Assembly (NCBI RefSeq): GCF_006345805.1 | Contig: NC_042997.1 | Coordinates: 27,280,001-27,344,000 of the forward strand | Direction: 5' to 3' | From: Octopus sinensis | Taxonomy: Eukaryota | Length of the DNA: 64,000 bases | Translations under genes and position numbers: made by a program | Part shown: positions 26,054 through 40,091 of the stretch, piece by piece | Layout of the letters: each line of letters opens with the position of its first letter | How positions within the stretch are numbered: position 1 is the first letter of the stretch | The notes under the pieces: generated by a model | Databases searched by the model: none | What the model saw: the letters and a program-made list of their open reading frames with translations, nothing else | What the model was told of the DNA's origin: nothing

Positions 26054-27170
26054 CACTATAGAATGCCGACGATTCATCCGTTGTATCGACATATATAGAC
26101 ACAGAAATTTCATTCAAATCAATATATCCGAAAATGCATTTTAACACAATGTGTTCAAGGTTATTCAGAATTAGTTAAATTCAAAGTGAACTAAGAAAAC
26201 GTTGTCTTAACATGTAATTTCAGAATATTAATTTGAGTATCTAGATAAGTTGATACAACAAAAACGATTTTCGGTTTTGTATGATGCAGTCAACAATTGA
26301 AGATGTAATTTCTCTATCCCAAAATAACTTATACATACGTTTACATCTGCTGAATATTTCAGATCTGCAATTCAGAAGTGTGATGGACTTGTTAGATCAG
26401 AGAAACTTCTGTGTGAAAGGGTGATATAACTTTATTTCGCCCCTCTTTCTTTTTCTATTCTCTTTGTTTTGCTTCCGATGGTTTCAACCTCACCTTTTAC
26501 ATCTACTTCCTTCTCACCTCTTCTCGTATATACTCTAATTCTACAGTCCTATTTTAGCTTGTGGGCTGAGCCGCCTGAAGATTTCAAGAAGACACCAGAC
26601 GTGTTACAAAATACTGTCTGCGTTGCTTTCATTGCGCGAAACTATTAGTTGCTTACTAAGCAAATTCATTCCTTCTAGCACAGAGAAATGTCCATGATAC
26701 AGCATTGTAGATTTGAAAAATAGAATACTCATATACGAAGTGAAATTCGTAACAACACAGTCCCCATGTGACAGTTGTTTTTAAACAATAAAGAATTATT
26801 GAATCGGAGGAGCGTCTTGTATGGTGCTTTACTGTAACATATTACATCACACTTCTTTCTTCCGGACTCTATGACAGAAACAACAGTTAAAGAATGGGAT
26901 CGGTTCACTCAAAGATATACGAAAGATAAAAACCATTATCATATGTTTTATTATTTTAGTAGATTCCGGCATTATAACGCGGCCATGCTGGAGCATAGCC
27001 CTAAAGTGTCTTGGGTTGTCATGTCGACCCGATTTCATATTACAGTTCGGTAATCCTTTTGTCGTTTTCTCTTTCTAATTACAGGATTCCAAAGTATTTT
27101 TTTCATAAGATACAACACAGCAAGGCACGATCTTTCGAAAATACACACAAGCAGACACACAACACGCACA

Positions 27171-27213
<43 letters not shown>

Positions 27214-27889
27214 ACACATACATACACACACTCATATATATATATATGTACATTCACATTACATACTCAATGACATAAATATATATGCATATACGCAATT
27301 TCACAAACGCACAAAATTGTACATGCTCCGATATTGATACTGTCATAATTAAAGTTTTATATTATGCCCAAAATAATGGGGTTTATCCTGCCATTTGAAA
27401 TATTTGATCGACTATATTCTCCGTGCGTTATAGCTGTTGAAAATCTTGGTATTATTTTAATCTTTGTTTTAAAGTGTTTCAGTTGACATTATGTTTAAAA
27501 AGACTTGTGTTTTAATGAAGAGTTACATCTAGGAAATCACTACTTATGAACTTTTTTAATTGTTATGCATAACCCTATGTTTTTGTAAAAAAATTAAACA
27601 TATTTTTTTTCTATATCTTTCTATCTCTTCAGGAAGAGAGTGTCATCCTCATATAAACACATTCCATAACTTAGGAAACCAGGATTTGAGTTGGTAAAGA
27701 ATGTAAATATCGAAAACAATTCATCCTATCAGATCTCGTCCATAACATATCGTAATCACACCATGAGCGGCTGCTATAATGTATCTCCTGTCTAGACAAA
27801 TTAGAGCTGCGTTTAGTGAATATAAATTCTTTATTCAGTATTATATTGGCAATGGAAGAATAATTAGAAATATCAAGTTGTATAAACTC

Positions 27890-28116
27890 TTTTACTCATT
27901 TACTCTTTTACTTGGTTCAGTCATTTGACTGCGGCCATGCTGGAGCACCGCCTGTAGTCGAGCAAATCGACCTCGGGACTTATTCTTTGTAAGCCCAGTA
28001 CTTATTCTATCGGTCTCTTTTTGCCGAACCGCTAAGTGACGGGGACGTAAACACACCAGCATCGGTTGTCAAGCAATGCTAGGGGGACAAACACAGACAC
28101 ACAAATACACACACAC

Positions 28117-28187
<71 letters not shown>

Positions 28188-28334
28188 CAGTTCCGTCTAC
28201 CAAATCCACTCACAAGGCATTGGTTGGCCTGGGGCTATAGTAGAAGACACTTGCCCAAGATGCCACGCAGTGGGACTGAACCCGGAGCCCTGTGGTTGGC
28301 TAGCAAGCTACTTACCACACAGCCACTCCTGCGC
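27890..28334 (-). mobile_element. SINE group A, full length
   Basis: Reverse complement of family A head and tail. Confidence 0.9.
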
Positions 28335-28844
28335 CTGATTATTATTTTTATTTTCCAGACTGCTGGACCTACTATATATATGTGTGTGTGTGAGTATGTC
28401 TGTTGTGCGAATTTGTGAAAGATTGCACCTTCCTGTGTTGTACCTTATAAAAAAGATACTTAGGCGCCCTGCAAAAAAAGCCTCGAATAGACACAACTCG
28501 CTATGGAACGTCATATGTGTTTCAGCAAGTCTTTGCGCCGTCACATAATGCTCAAATATCCCATGATCACGTAAGGCTTAACATTTGGCTTCCAAATTCA
28601 CTTGATCTCAAACGATATTTAACTGTTATGAGTGGATATCAACCAACATCCCCCATAGAATCATCATGTGTATGTAAATTTGGTGATGCAAACGGGAAGA
28701 TATAACTCAAAGCAATAGTATATATTTAGTTCCGTGAGTTTCGGGTGTTGGCACTTATATATATATATTACGTTTATCAATTTGTGTTGCAAGATTCCTG
28801 ATGTGAAATCGTGTGTCGAAACAGATATTGTTGTATTTTGGTAT

Positions 28845-29140
28845 GACCATTTATTTATTTATTTTGCTAAGTAATCACACGCACTATGTATTCGTTCTTC
28901 ACTCGTTTATTACTATTTTTAATCTAACTAATGTTCATTGTCCAGAAATCTTTCGTCACACATCTGTGACCTCTTCAGTGACACTTTCCGTCTTCATGTG
29001 TGCTTTTACTCCACTTCTTTCATTCTCAGAATGTGTAATGGAATATTTCCGGACAATGAACATGAGTTAGAATAAGAACAGTAAGAAAAGAGTGAAGAAC
29101 GAATATATAGTGTGTGTGTTTATTTGGCAAAAAAAGAATG
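28845..29140. repeat. Diverged inverted repeat (~120-bp arms)
   Basis: CACTATGTATTCGTTCTTCACTC...CTAATGTTCATTGTCCAGAAAT vs ATTTCCGGACAATGAACATGAGTTAG...GAGTGAAGAACGAATATATAGTG. Confidence 0.8.
28939..28983 (-). ncRNA. Minimal type I hammerhead candidate
   Basis: Minus strand TGTCA-CTGAAGA-G-GTCAC-AGATGT-GTGAC-GAAA-GATT-TC-TGGACA: 5-bp stem II, one extra base after the core, near-palindromic stem III, stem I with one bulge. Confidence 0.6.
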
Positions 29141-29407
29141 ACCATCCCGACACACCTAAATCTCTTATATATATATATAATCACACAGCACAGCACAACA
29201 TGAAGATTAGTTTGACAACCGCCACCCACGAATGCAAGAAAGTTCAACAGAAAAATTAACAAAGAATCTTTAAACAATCTCTTCACAGAAGTTAATAAAG
29301 AACTTATATTATTAGAAAATTCCTTAATTATAACTACCAGTGACGTCATTCGTTTTCTTTTTCATATATATATATATATATATATAGGTCCAAGAGTTTT
29401 GTGCGTT

Positions 29408-29780
29408 GGAGGCGCAATGACCCAGTGGTTAGGGCAGCGGACTCGAGGTCGTAGGATCGAGGTTTCGGTTCCCAGATTGGAAATTGTGAGTGTTATTGAG
29501 CGAAAACGCCAAAAGCTCCACGAGGCTCCGGCAGGGGTCGAACCCTGTTGTACTCTTTCACCACAACTTTCCCTCACTCTTTCTTTCTGTTTCTGTTGTA
29601 CCTGTATTTCAAAGAGCCAACTTTGTCACACTCTGTGTCACGCTGAATTTCCCCCGAAAACTACGTTAAGGGTACACGTGTCTGTGGAGTTCTCAGCCAC
29701 TTGCGCGTTAATTTCACGAGTAGGCTGTTTCGTTGATCGGATCAACTGGAACCTTTGCTGTCGTAACCGACGGAGTGCCA
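29408..29780 (+). mobile_element. SINE group B, tail type 1
   Basis: Matches 1426 copy from head to GTCGTAACCGACGGAGTGC. Confidence 0.9.
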
Positions 29781-30091
29781 TTATATATATGTATATATAT
29801 ATATTTATATATATGCTTGTTTGTATAATCCTTAAATGTAAATTGTATTATAATCCTTAATTGCAAACAACTACTAATATAGTTATTTGCTCTCTGAACT
29901 GTCTTATCTTTTTTGCTGCTCGATTACTTAGACACATTCCGACTGTTATGTGTGTTATATCTTTTTCTATAGGTAGTTTATCATTTTATTTTTAATCTCT
30001 GTTTCTGTTAATGTGTTCTCTTTCGTTTGCACTCACCATATATACAACTCGCATATTTTTACGTTCGTTTAATATATATTTTTATTTATGT

Positions 30092-30455
30092 GGAGGCGCA
30101 ATGGCCCAGTGGTTAGGGCAGCGGACTCGCGGTCGTAGGATCGCGGTTTCGATTCCCAGACCGGGCGTTGTGAGTGTTTATTGAGCGAAAACACCTAAAG
30201 CTCCACGAGGTTGTGATCCCTACTGTACTCTTTCACCACAACTTTCTCTCACTCTTACTTCCTGTTTCTGTTGTACCTGTATTTCAAAGGGCCGGCCTTG
30301 TCACTCTCTGTGTCACGCTGAATATCCCCGAGAACTACGTTAAGGGTACACGTGTCTGTGGAGTGCTCAGTCACTTACACGTTAATTTCACGAGCAGGCT
30401 GTTCCGTTGATCGGATCAACCGGAACCCTCGTCGTCGTAACCGACGGAGTGCTTC
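30092..30455 (+). mobile_element. SINE group B, tail type 1
   Basis: Matches 1426 copy with a short deletion after CTCCACGAGG. Confidence 0.9.
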
Positions 30456-30841
30456 CACATTTTTATTTATATATTTATATATTATATTTTTATACATATA
30501 GATTTATATTGATCTCTATCAATATATATCAATGTTTACGACTATACTATCGTAGATACATGTTCTTTGTCTATCACCTTAACTTCTTGGAGATTTCAGG
30601 TATAATTATACTAATGAGTCCATCTGTTCTAATTTAATTAAATTCTATGTCTTGGTGCAGCTGAATGCTGCTCTACATTTTAAATTGATGTAATTATTTC
30701 ATTGTTCAATTAAATGGAGTTGCATGGAACGATCGTGCTGCATTACCTCTAGATATCTTTGCTGCTTATTACGTTTATGTGTTTTCCGTTTGGGAATTTG
30801 CTCATTCACTTAAACTTTGCTTCTGAGTTTTCCCCTTCTTC

Positions 30842-30881
<40 letters not shown>

Positions 30882-31149
30882 CCAGCGGTTACAGTGTGAC
30901 ACGAGGCTCGAGACTATCGTGCATGGACACATATCCTTTTGATAAGTGCCAATGCATGAAACTCTCAATGCTTTATTTACGCTGTATTTTTCGCCGATTA
31001 TATATGTGTGTGCATTAATGTATGTATATGTACAAACATACTCACACACACACACAGACATACACGCACATGCACACTCAAACACACCCACACCCACACT
31101 CACACACACGCACACACACATATGCTCAGCGCGCTTAATCTTGACTCTC

Positions 31150-32180
31150 AAGTATCTCATTTACCGATTGTCACGGCATGTTAAGGAGAATTTTAAAAGA
31201 AATTTATATTCCAGAATGTAATCAGGATCATTGCTTCCTTGTGTTTTCCAAGTGATTTTGATTTAATAGTTTCTTTTTATTTTCTTTTTTTTATTTTTTC
31301 ATTCTGACATAGTTCTATAAATCCTGGGAAGAGAAGTGCATTTGATTGGTTTTCACACTCTTGGAGATCCTGCAAAGGCCATCAACAGTTCGTTTTTCTC
31401 CAAATTCCTTAATATTATCTTTCTGACTTCGCTGATATATGATATCAGATATTTTCACTTCTTAATGTCTTCTGTTTTTCCTTTCTTATTTATAAGATAT
31501 GCAGTGTTCCCTTTTAGAGTTAAAAACGATACGCGGCCTGCTTGAGCAAAATCATTTCTTCGTGCGTTTTTTTTTTGTGTGTGTAGTGGGGAGGGTCATA
31601 ATGCCAGTAATAAATAAAGCACCCACTCTGGTTCCTTTTAATTTTTTTCTGTTTTACATGTCAATTGGCTGTCTACTTAACTAGTTAACTAGTTAAGTAA
31701 TCAATTATTTGAACAATCATTTGATCAATCAATTAATTAGCTCCATGTGTTAAAGTTCTTTCGTCGCCATTCACCACTAACATACGCTCTCTACGTCAGA
31801 TGCGCTTTACGTGTCATTATTTACTGAATATATTTTTACTGTTTTTGTTTTGAAGTGGCCCTCAATTTTCTCTAATAACCCAAAGCCTTTTTTCTGCCTA
31901 CAATACTGAAGGAATATTTGGGGTTGTTTCCTTTGGACAAGCCCTGGTATGCTTTCCGTGTATTCCCATATTCAAGGGACCATTTTATTTTATTACCGCT
32001 TTCTTTCGATTCCTATATTTTTCCTTCAGCAAGTCAATTTAAAGGACTCGAGATTTTTGTTGTATGCCTCCGTGACAATTAAGTTTATCTTTGAAATCAT
32101 TGGCTTCTTATACTGAGAGCTATGCATAGTTGATAAGTTCTATACTCTTTGTGATGTGGAATTAATTTACAATGACAAAA
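31150..32180 (-). mobile_element. Highly decayed PLE-like RT C-terminus/linker (tentative)
   Basis: Patchy minus-strand readings PHHKEYRTYQLCIALSI and YISEVRKIILRNL; many stops. Confidence 0.25.
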
Positions 32181-32885
32181 GGAAGCTTACAAAATTGCTT
32201 CAGTATAACAGCGTAGACACAATATATGAACTAAAAGAAGCTAACGACGCGTCCTCTACGCAGTCGTTCGTTTGACACCGAATAAACCTCAAACCTCAGG
32301 TTACGATTTTAAACAAGACAGGCCATACCTGATATTATACTTCTCAATATACACGCTTGAGAAAGGGGAAGTAGCTACAATTGTAACCTTTTTCATCATA
32401 GGTCTGCTCAGTAAAGCTTCCATAGGTGGTAAATGGCAAATGCAACTTTACAATAGATAAGTTTGATCAGTGTGATATTAAATTAGATAAGCATTTGTTA
32501 AGGCCAAAACAATTAAAGTTTTACGTGCTATTTCAAATATAAGGTAAAACATTTATTCTGTCTTCAAATTTGTAGCTCACATTTCCACCACATTTTGCAG
32601 TGTTCCGATCTTAACAGGTTTTATCTAATTTAAATAGAAATATTTTTTAAAGAGTTCCAAACAACTGCTTGTTGAAAGCACCATTTCTTCCACGAGCAGT
32701 ATAATGGATGTTGAAATCAAGCAGGAGAGTCCACTTGTCATTGGTCATGAGAGTAACTTATATAGAGGAATGGCGCTCCTATTTCACATTGAGATAAATG
32801 AAGTAACTCAAAGTGAATGCATAAATTTACTTATGAAAATTTTAATATTTTATTTTACATTTTTTGTATTTTGTTTTTATTCATA

Positions 32886-33030
<145 letters not shown>

Positions 33031-33045
33031 ATTTAGTGAGAGAGT

Positions 33046-33807
33046 AGTGCTTGCCATCAAAGTGACACTGGGGTAAGATATACGAAGCCGAATGCACCCA
33101 GCTTGACTATTCGTCTGATAAGTGTACACCAGGCACACGCCTCACAACCATATGTGGGTGACATGGTGATCTCGTATCAAAAAAATAAACAGTAAGAATT
33201 CTTTTCAGGTTAAGTAGCCCATCTCTGAATAAGTCCCATCAAAAATTCCCTAAATAAGGGTTGTTTCAAGATGGCTGAACAAAACACCCATATTTCCAGA
33301 GGTGAATTATTAAGTCCAAAGAATTCCTGTCAAAAAAATGTTTTGCTTGGGTATAAAAGATGGACTACAGCAAATATTCTGCTCAATACCACAGATTTGC
33401 TTGTCAGGTGTTTGACCTTTTCCAGTTAAGCATGTCCCTTAGTAGCTAACGATATGTGCATTTCTGATCACGAGCAGAAGTAGTGGGGAAGCATCATAGT
33501 CATATGTTGAGAGGGATTCTTTGGGGTTTGAATAATTCACCTCTGGTAACATGGGTGTTTCGTTCAACATCATTAAACAACCCTTATTCGGGGACCTTTT
33601 GAGCGACATGGGTTAGTCGACCAGAAGAAAGTTCTAACTGTGCCTCACCAACAAGGTCATATGCTATTTATCTTGATTTGAGATCACCACGTCGGGCACA
33701 TATGGTTGTGATGCATGTGCCTAGTGTACCCTTATAAGACGGGTAGTCATGATGGGTTTACTGGGCTTCGTATATTTTACCCAAGTGTCACTTTGATGGC
33801 ATGCACT
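33046..33807. mobile_element. Foldback/MITE-like element, ~280-bp diverged inverted arms
   Basis: GCCATCAAAGTGACACT.GGGTAA.ATATACGAAGCC at the left end and its reverse complement at the right end; symmetry continues inward to CCAGAGGTGAATTATT / AATAATTCACCTCTGG. Confidence 0.8.
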
Positions 33808-33811
33808 GTCT

Positions 33812-36280
33812 GACTACTACTATTTACTTCAACTATCTTTGGGAATCTACAATGCAACGCCATCTCCTGCAAGTCAGACAGTTTCCTCTCTTTTTTCTGA
33901 TGTTTAAGTTCGTTTAGTGTTTTGGTTTCCCTATGTCTTGTTGTGACTCTACCAGCTTTTAATAAACAGTCTTCACTGCTACCTACATAAGAATTTATAC
34001 CTACTCTAGCTAACCACATGCAGTCTTACACCTTCTTTTCTAGGTAGGTATAGTCTTGCAACTCCTATCCTTGGGTGAAGTCCTCTATTCATATTGAATT
34101 CCTTCTGAGTTCTTCTGTCTAGCTTTGCTAATTCAGTTTTTGTCCAATCTGCAAAAGCTACTGAATACCAAAGCAATAATACTCCCCAAATATTTACAGC
34201 TTTCACTAGATTCGGACAGTTTTGCTTTGACTAATTAGCATCCTCACCCTTCCGATATATTTCTCAATTTCCTAATACTCCTGGATACATATAACTCTCT
34301 CTTCCTTTCATTGATTTTAATGTCTGGCCATCTGTTAATTTAGATGCTTTCGCTATTGACTACCAGTCCTCTTCTAATGACTAATATGACACACTTATCT
34401 ATGCCAGATTCCATGCCTATATCTTTACTGAAGAGTCTTACAGTCTGTACTTAGGAATCTAGTCTTTCACATTCTTACTAAATTGTTTCAGATCATCCAT
34501 GTAGAGAAAATGGCTAATTTTACTATTACTATTTCTGAACTGATACCATGCCTTTGCTTTTCTTAATACTAAACTGAGGGGGATCAAACATAAGACAAAT
34601 ATTAAAGGGGACAAAGAGTCTCCCTGGGAAATTCTTCTCTAGATATTAACTATCTCCAAGAGTGTATCACCCGAGTATAGACCTACTTTTCATTTCTTCA
34701 TACTAAAACTAATTAACTTATCCATGAGTGTGGGCTTCTCTATTATCAACCCATGTTATTGTTAGATTACTCTGTCTAGCTTTTACTTCAATTAGAATTG
34801 CTTTGTCTATATATAATAGATCATGCATTCCCCTAACCTTCTTCTTGCAACCTTTCTATTCTTCTGGAAGTACATTCTGACTGTCAAGTTGCTCCTAAAT
34901 GCTTTCTGAAAGCATTCCTTTTAGCAGTTTCCACACTAACGTTAAGTAAATGATTGGTCTATAGTTGCTAGATGTATTGCCCTTGTTCTTCTCCTTCATA
35001 ATGAGTATTGCCCACCCTCTAGTCAACCAATCTGGTATTATTCCTCCAATAAGGCCATCCTGAAGTTGTTCCTCCAGCCTCCCAAGTAAACTACTGAATT
35101 TCTTTGGCTTATACCCTTGAACTAAATCTGGTCATGGGCCCTTCCAATACGGCATTTTCTCTAAATACTTTACTCATTAATTCACTAGTTAATCTTAGAA
35201 TTGGCTGCTTCTCACTCATTACTTATTCCCTCGCTTTCTTTAACCATTCTGTATCTACATCATGATTGACTGGTTTATCCAAAATATTAGTCCAGAACTT
35301 TATAGTTTCCTCTTCATTAGGTTTCTCATCTTCAGTACTTCGTTCTACACTATTTATTAGGTTATAAAATCTCTTCTTATCTGTCTCAAGTAATCTCGAA
35401 GTGAGATTTGCATCTTGTGTTTATTAACTTGTTCAGTTTCCAGGTTTCTATTCTACTTAGATCTTGTGTTAAAGTCTTCACTTTATTTTGTAGCCTCCTT
35501 TTCCACATTTGCCCTTTTTAAAACTTTTCCTGTGAGATATCTAATCTTCTGGTGACTACTGCCCTTCCTGCATAGATCCATAAGTTAGTTTCCTCTATAT
35601 GTTTAGTATCTATTTTACTGATAACAGAATCTACTTTCCAAATCATTTCTTGTAGCTTTCTTCTGTTGATGTCTTTTGATGTTGGCAAATATTTTTCTTA
35701 CTTCTTTATCCATTACTTCTTGCAACTCATCTGAAATATTCTGATCTTCCTCACTTAAATCACTTAAGTCGGTGGTGCCAGTTGCCCCTTCCTTATTGGT
35801 AGCGCTATTCTTATTTTTCCTTTAGGTTGTTCTTTGGTTTGAGCTGCATCTCTTATGTTGTTCTTTGTCTTTCCCACTACTTTCTCTTTTCCATTTCTCA
35901 TTTCTAATGTGATCACTTCCATCTCAATTTTGTCATCTATTTTCTTCTCCTAATAGCATTAGCTTGATCAACTAATCTCTGCTCAAACATTTTAAACATA
36001 CCCTTCTCTACCCGAAGCGTTAACATCCGTTTTCTATAGTCCCTTCTTGTAGGTTTACTTTCTAAATAATACTGTATCACTGTCCTGTTTTCTTTGCTGG
36101 TCCACTTCTTTCTCTTTGCTCTATTACCTGCTGATGCTGTATTGCGATGACAGTTGTGGTCAGTGTGCCTCTTTACTGATGCAGTACCGAGCGAGAGACA
36201 TTCCCTTAATGGTCCAGCCTCATTTTCACTGTTACAACTAGAGTTTATTGGAAAGTCCTGTTACTCATAAACTGAGTTAA
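33812..36280 (-). mobile_element. R4/Dong-clade non-LTR retrotransposon body, decayed, 3' endonuclease missing
   Basis: N-term KWTSKENRTVIQYYLESKP..YRKRM; RT QGDSLSP (~34620), YMDDLK (~34500); KAVNIWG...DWTKTELAKLDRRT...RLYLPRKEG. Confidence 0.85.
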
Positions 36281-36309
36281 GGTAACGTTCGTCACCATCG
36301 TCATCATCA

Positions 36310-36690
36310 CTATTATTTCTCGACACCTGAAAGTTTCAAACAACTTTGTATTGTATCATCTGTTGCGCCTTTGTGTTGGTGTGGTGCATTTCTTTTTTTT
36401 TTTTTTGTGGTGGGGATATTGTATTGTATCAGTGCCTTTTGTTAAGGGGTTTCGTTTGAGTCTTCGGTTGTATTGGTTTTTAACTTGTGTGTTGTTTGTG
36501 TAGCGAAGGTTTTGTTCTCGTAGTTGTCACATTTTGGCGATCTCAATTCTCAGGTCTCTATATTCATCAATCTTTTTCTCCCTCTTTTCCAATAATATAT
36601 TGATCTCCTGGTATTGCTACGTCGATTATTACGCACTCTTGTTTATCCCTCCTAATTGTTACTGCATTCGGCCTTCGGTACTCTAACATC
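36310..36690 (-). mobile_element. R4/Dong-clade 3' fragment (RLE endonuclease plus 3' UTR)
   Basis: Minus strand EYRRPNAV..CVIIDVAIPGD....EGEKIDEYRDLRIEIAKM; ends GAGAAATAATAGTGATGATGA. Confidence 0.75.
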
Positions 36691-36835
36691 TTAATAGTGA
36701 ATTATCCTAATAATAAATTACCCTGTCTGAAAATCAAAGTCACAGAGGATTTTTGCTTTCCTCTTTCCGTCTATTACATTTTCCAGTGTATGTTGGTACC
36801 AAGCACCCGTTACCTAGAAATAATAATAATAGTAA

Positions 36836-36876
<41 letters not shown>

Positions 36877-38282
36877 TTGAGAATAATATTCTTAAGATCA
36901 GTTAAGAATGACGAGATAGTTGCGATAGATATTGATATTTTGCATTCACTCAAGATGTTTATCGGCAACTTGTCTACTTCACCTATTTAACTTACCCCAA
37001 ATGCGAAATAGTTGAGAGGAAATCAATATAATGCATAAAAAAAACAAATGTTATTGTCTTTAATGATTTTGAATGGATGCACAGAAGTTCTAAATAAGCA
37101 CTAAAGTACTAAATCTGACCATCAGAAAAACCACTAGGAGTTAGCGAACATGATTATTTGATCGAGCAAGTGATGAAAATATCTCCGAACATTTTAGACA
37201 TTGTAACTTATTGTAGCCATTGTTATTGCTCGTTGGCACTGTGGCAATTGGCTTGCCAAGTTGAATGTTTCTAATATCAAAAATTGGCATCAGAAAATTA
37301 AATTGTCTTAAAAGATGACGTAAGCTAGTGAACTCATTAAACAAAAAGAACATTAACAACCATATCCGTATTGACAATAGTTTTGTTGTTTCCGTTTTTA
37401 ACTACGTCGTCAAACCAATTGAACTTGAGTCGCAGACTTTGATAATTTTCTCGGAACTCTAGCTGAGAAAGTTAAAGAAAATATCCTGGAAAAAAAAATC
37501 AAAAGGATACGATTTATGCCGTTAAATATTATAAGAGTTTTATCGTTTTTTTTTAATTTTTTTCATACCGGATAATGAAAAGTACCTTTTCAAGTGATAG
37601 TGGATAAGTGTTTCCTATCATTTTTTTAAACGATGTATTAAAAATACATTTTCATAGATCAGGAATTTAACTTAAATATGAAAGGAAACACTCATCTACA
37701 CGCGCGAAATAATCGCTGAAAGTATGTCGTGATACCAGAGGTTACGCAGTTATCAGTAGACTATTTAAGTGAAGCATAAACGTGTATACTAGACATACAA
37801 GAAAAACAAGCGAAATAAGCAACAAGGCAGTGAAGTCTATCTGAACCACAGTGAAAACAATATTATATCTATATATATGTATATACATTAATCCGAAACA
37901 GACGAATACTAATATCTAAATATCAAATAACTACGTGATTAATTTTTTATGAACAACAGCAAAATATCATCATAGTAGCATTTCAAAAACCCTGCGATAT
38001 ATTGATACAAAATTGTTACACAAAAAAACTCATTTCATTATTGAGCTATTGAAATTCATCTATACAGTATTTGAGTAAAACCTGACATAAAGAACTAATC
38101 AGACCAGCATCCTTCAATATTTAAAATCAAGCTCCATATCAGAGTTTGAATAAAAAAAAAATTCTACACATATCCACACTTATAATCTCGAGTGAACCAG
38201 GAAGAAAGCGGTGTAATTCTTAATTCAAGTATCAGTCAGTAAATTATTTTAACCCGACAATCTACCTCTCTGAAAGCTAATA

Positions 38283-38303
38283 ATGTATTTCTCCTCAATT
38301 ATG
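38283..38303 (+). CDS. Candidate first coding microexon (MYFSSIM) of the IL-17-like gene
   Basis: ATG TAT TTC TCC TCA ATT ATG|GTAAGT: consensus donor, phase 0, matching the phase-0 acceptor at 45629; unique non-repeat context; linkage is inference. Confidence 0.3.
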
Positions 38304-40091
38304 GTAAGTTAACTTCGATTTTTCATTTTATTCTTTATTTTGGATACACGTGTCTATTATCATTTACACGTGTAGTGCGTTTTTTGTTTAGGGTAATTTT
38401 AAGATGTTATGTTTGATATTTGAATTCAAGCCAACATTATCGAAGTAAATTGATTCATTCCAATGAAGTTAGTTTCAGCATGTCTAATGTAGCGAGTATA
38501 AAATTAGTATCGGAAATATTTATGGAGAGAGTGAAAGATGTTGATGAATGGCTGTGTGGTAAGTAGCTTCTCCACGAAGAAATATGAGAAAAAAAAAAAG
38601 AGAAAACGATATAAAACATTAAGAAACGCTTTAGGCCAGGGAGTTAATTCCGCCACGGAACCTAGATTATGTCCCTTTAAACGTTGACCTTACTACTTTA
38701 ACTGGACACTGTCACCTAAAAAACTGTTCCTTGTGAGGAAAGTTCAAAAGGGAAAGGCTAAAGAGTGTTTTATACGGCGGGGGAACATTTTCGGGTTTGA
38801 TAACCGAAAGTTGTGGAAATGTTTTCATCTCAGAAAATTCTCTAAATTTAGATCAGCTCACTTCAATTTGATAACGTTGTGTGTACTTCCATTTATACAA
38901 AGAAAGCACTATTTTGATTTAATACTCAATTTACCTATTGCCTGATACGTTGCCAAAGATGTGAGTGGTTACTCAGTGTTATGTTGAATGCGTTTTTCTC
39001 AGACCTTGGAGAAGAGATGTGACGTTCCTGAGATTTTAGTAAAAGACACCAGCACAGTTTCGCGCTGCAGGAATAAAACTTTCAATGTTGCAAAAGAAAC
39101 AATTTAACAACACAGTCAATCCCAAAATCTACTAAATGTTCTTAATGCGATTATCACAGCTGTACCATTGCTGCCGGTGAATCTGTAAAATGTGAAGTTG
39201 CTTTTCAACAGAGTTCCGATATTCTACATGATGGAGGTTCTCTGAATTTTCTTAGAGAATCCAATGTACAATATAGAAATAAGACTTCCTGTAGCACGAA
39301 ATTAAGATAACATCTAGTTACATTTGTTCAAGGCCTTTTCATCTTTTACTTGTTTCAGTCGTTAGACTACGGCCACACATTCAATGTAGTTTCCCTCCAA
39401 TACTTGAGTTGCAATTATCTTACCAACTTTTGCAACTATTTATGCACATTTTCTTCTTCACAACAAAATTTGAACGAGAAACTGTTGTTTCAACACCATA
39501 GAATTCTCGCATGAAGTCTACCGGTATTGTTCTTATCAGTAGCCTGTTTTTTCTTTATCATATATTCCACCATGTCGCATTTCTTACTGTTCGTTCGTAG
39601 AGCGAACAGTTTTCTAACGACAAATGTCGTTTATCTTAAACTTTACTCAATATTTTTGAGAGTGTTTGTCGTCTTGGAATTTTATGGGGTTGGTTTCTTT
39701 ACTTACACACCACAGACTAACAAGTCACGTCCTGAATGGCTTCTCTTACTCACTGTTGCATAACAGTTTCTACGTTCAAGAAACTTTATTTCTTAAAAAG
39801 CAATCAAATCAAAATGATGCATTAAGGCAGCATTGACCAAAGACCACAATAAGAGATTTTATTTGAACAGGAACATCTTGGCAGTGTAAGTTTATGTTGT
39901 GGATCATTTTTCTTCGGATGTTTGGATTTTGTGCAGCTTTGCCTATGTATCTGCATTTGTAGCGGTTGTTTTTGGTAGTGTAGCTTTTCATGCGAATTAT
40001 TGATGAACAAATTTACAAAACGTAAGTATATGGATAATGTTAAGATGTGGTACACAGTGTAATACCGCTGGATGGTGAAGGACTGAGTGTA

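Noticed and set aside
28560-28620. WLPNSLDLK as a Tc1/mariner WPPNSPDLN relic
   Set aside because: A single short motif with no other transposase blocks or TIRs
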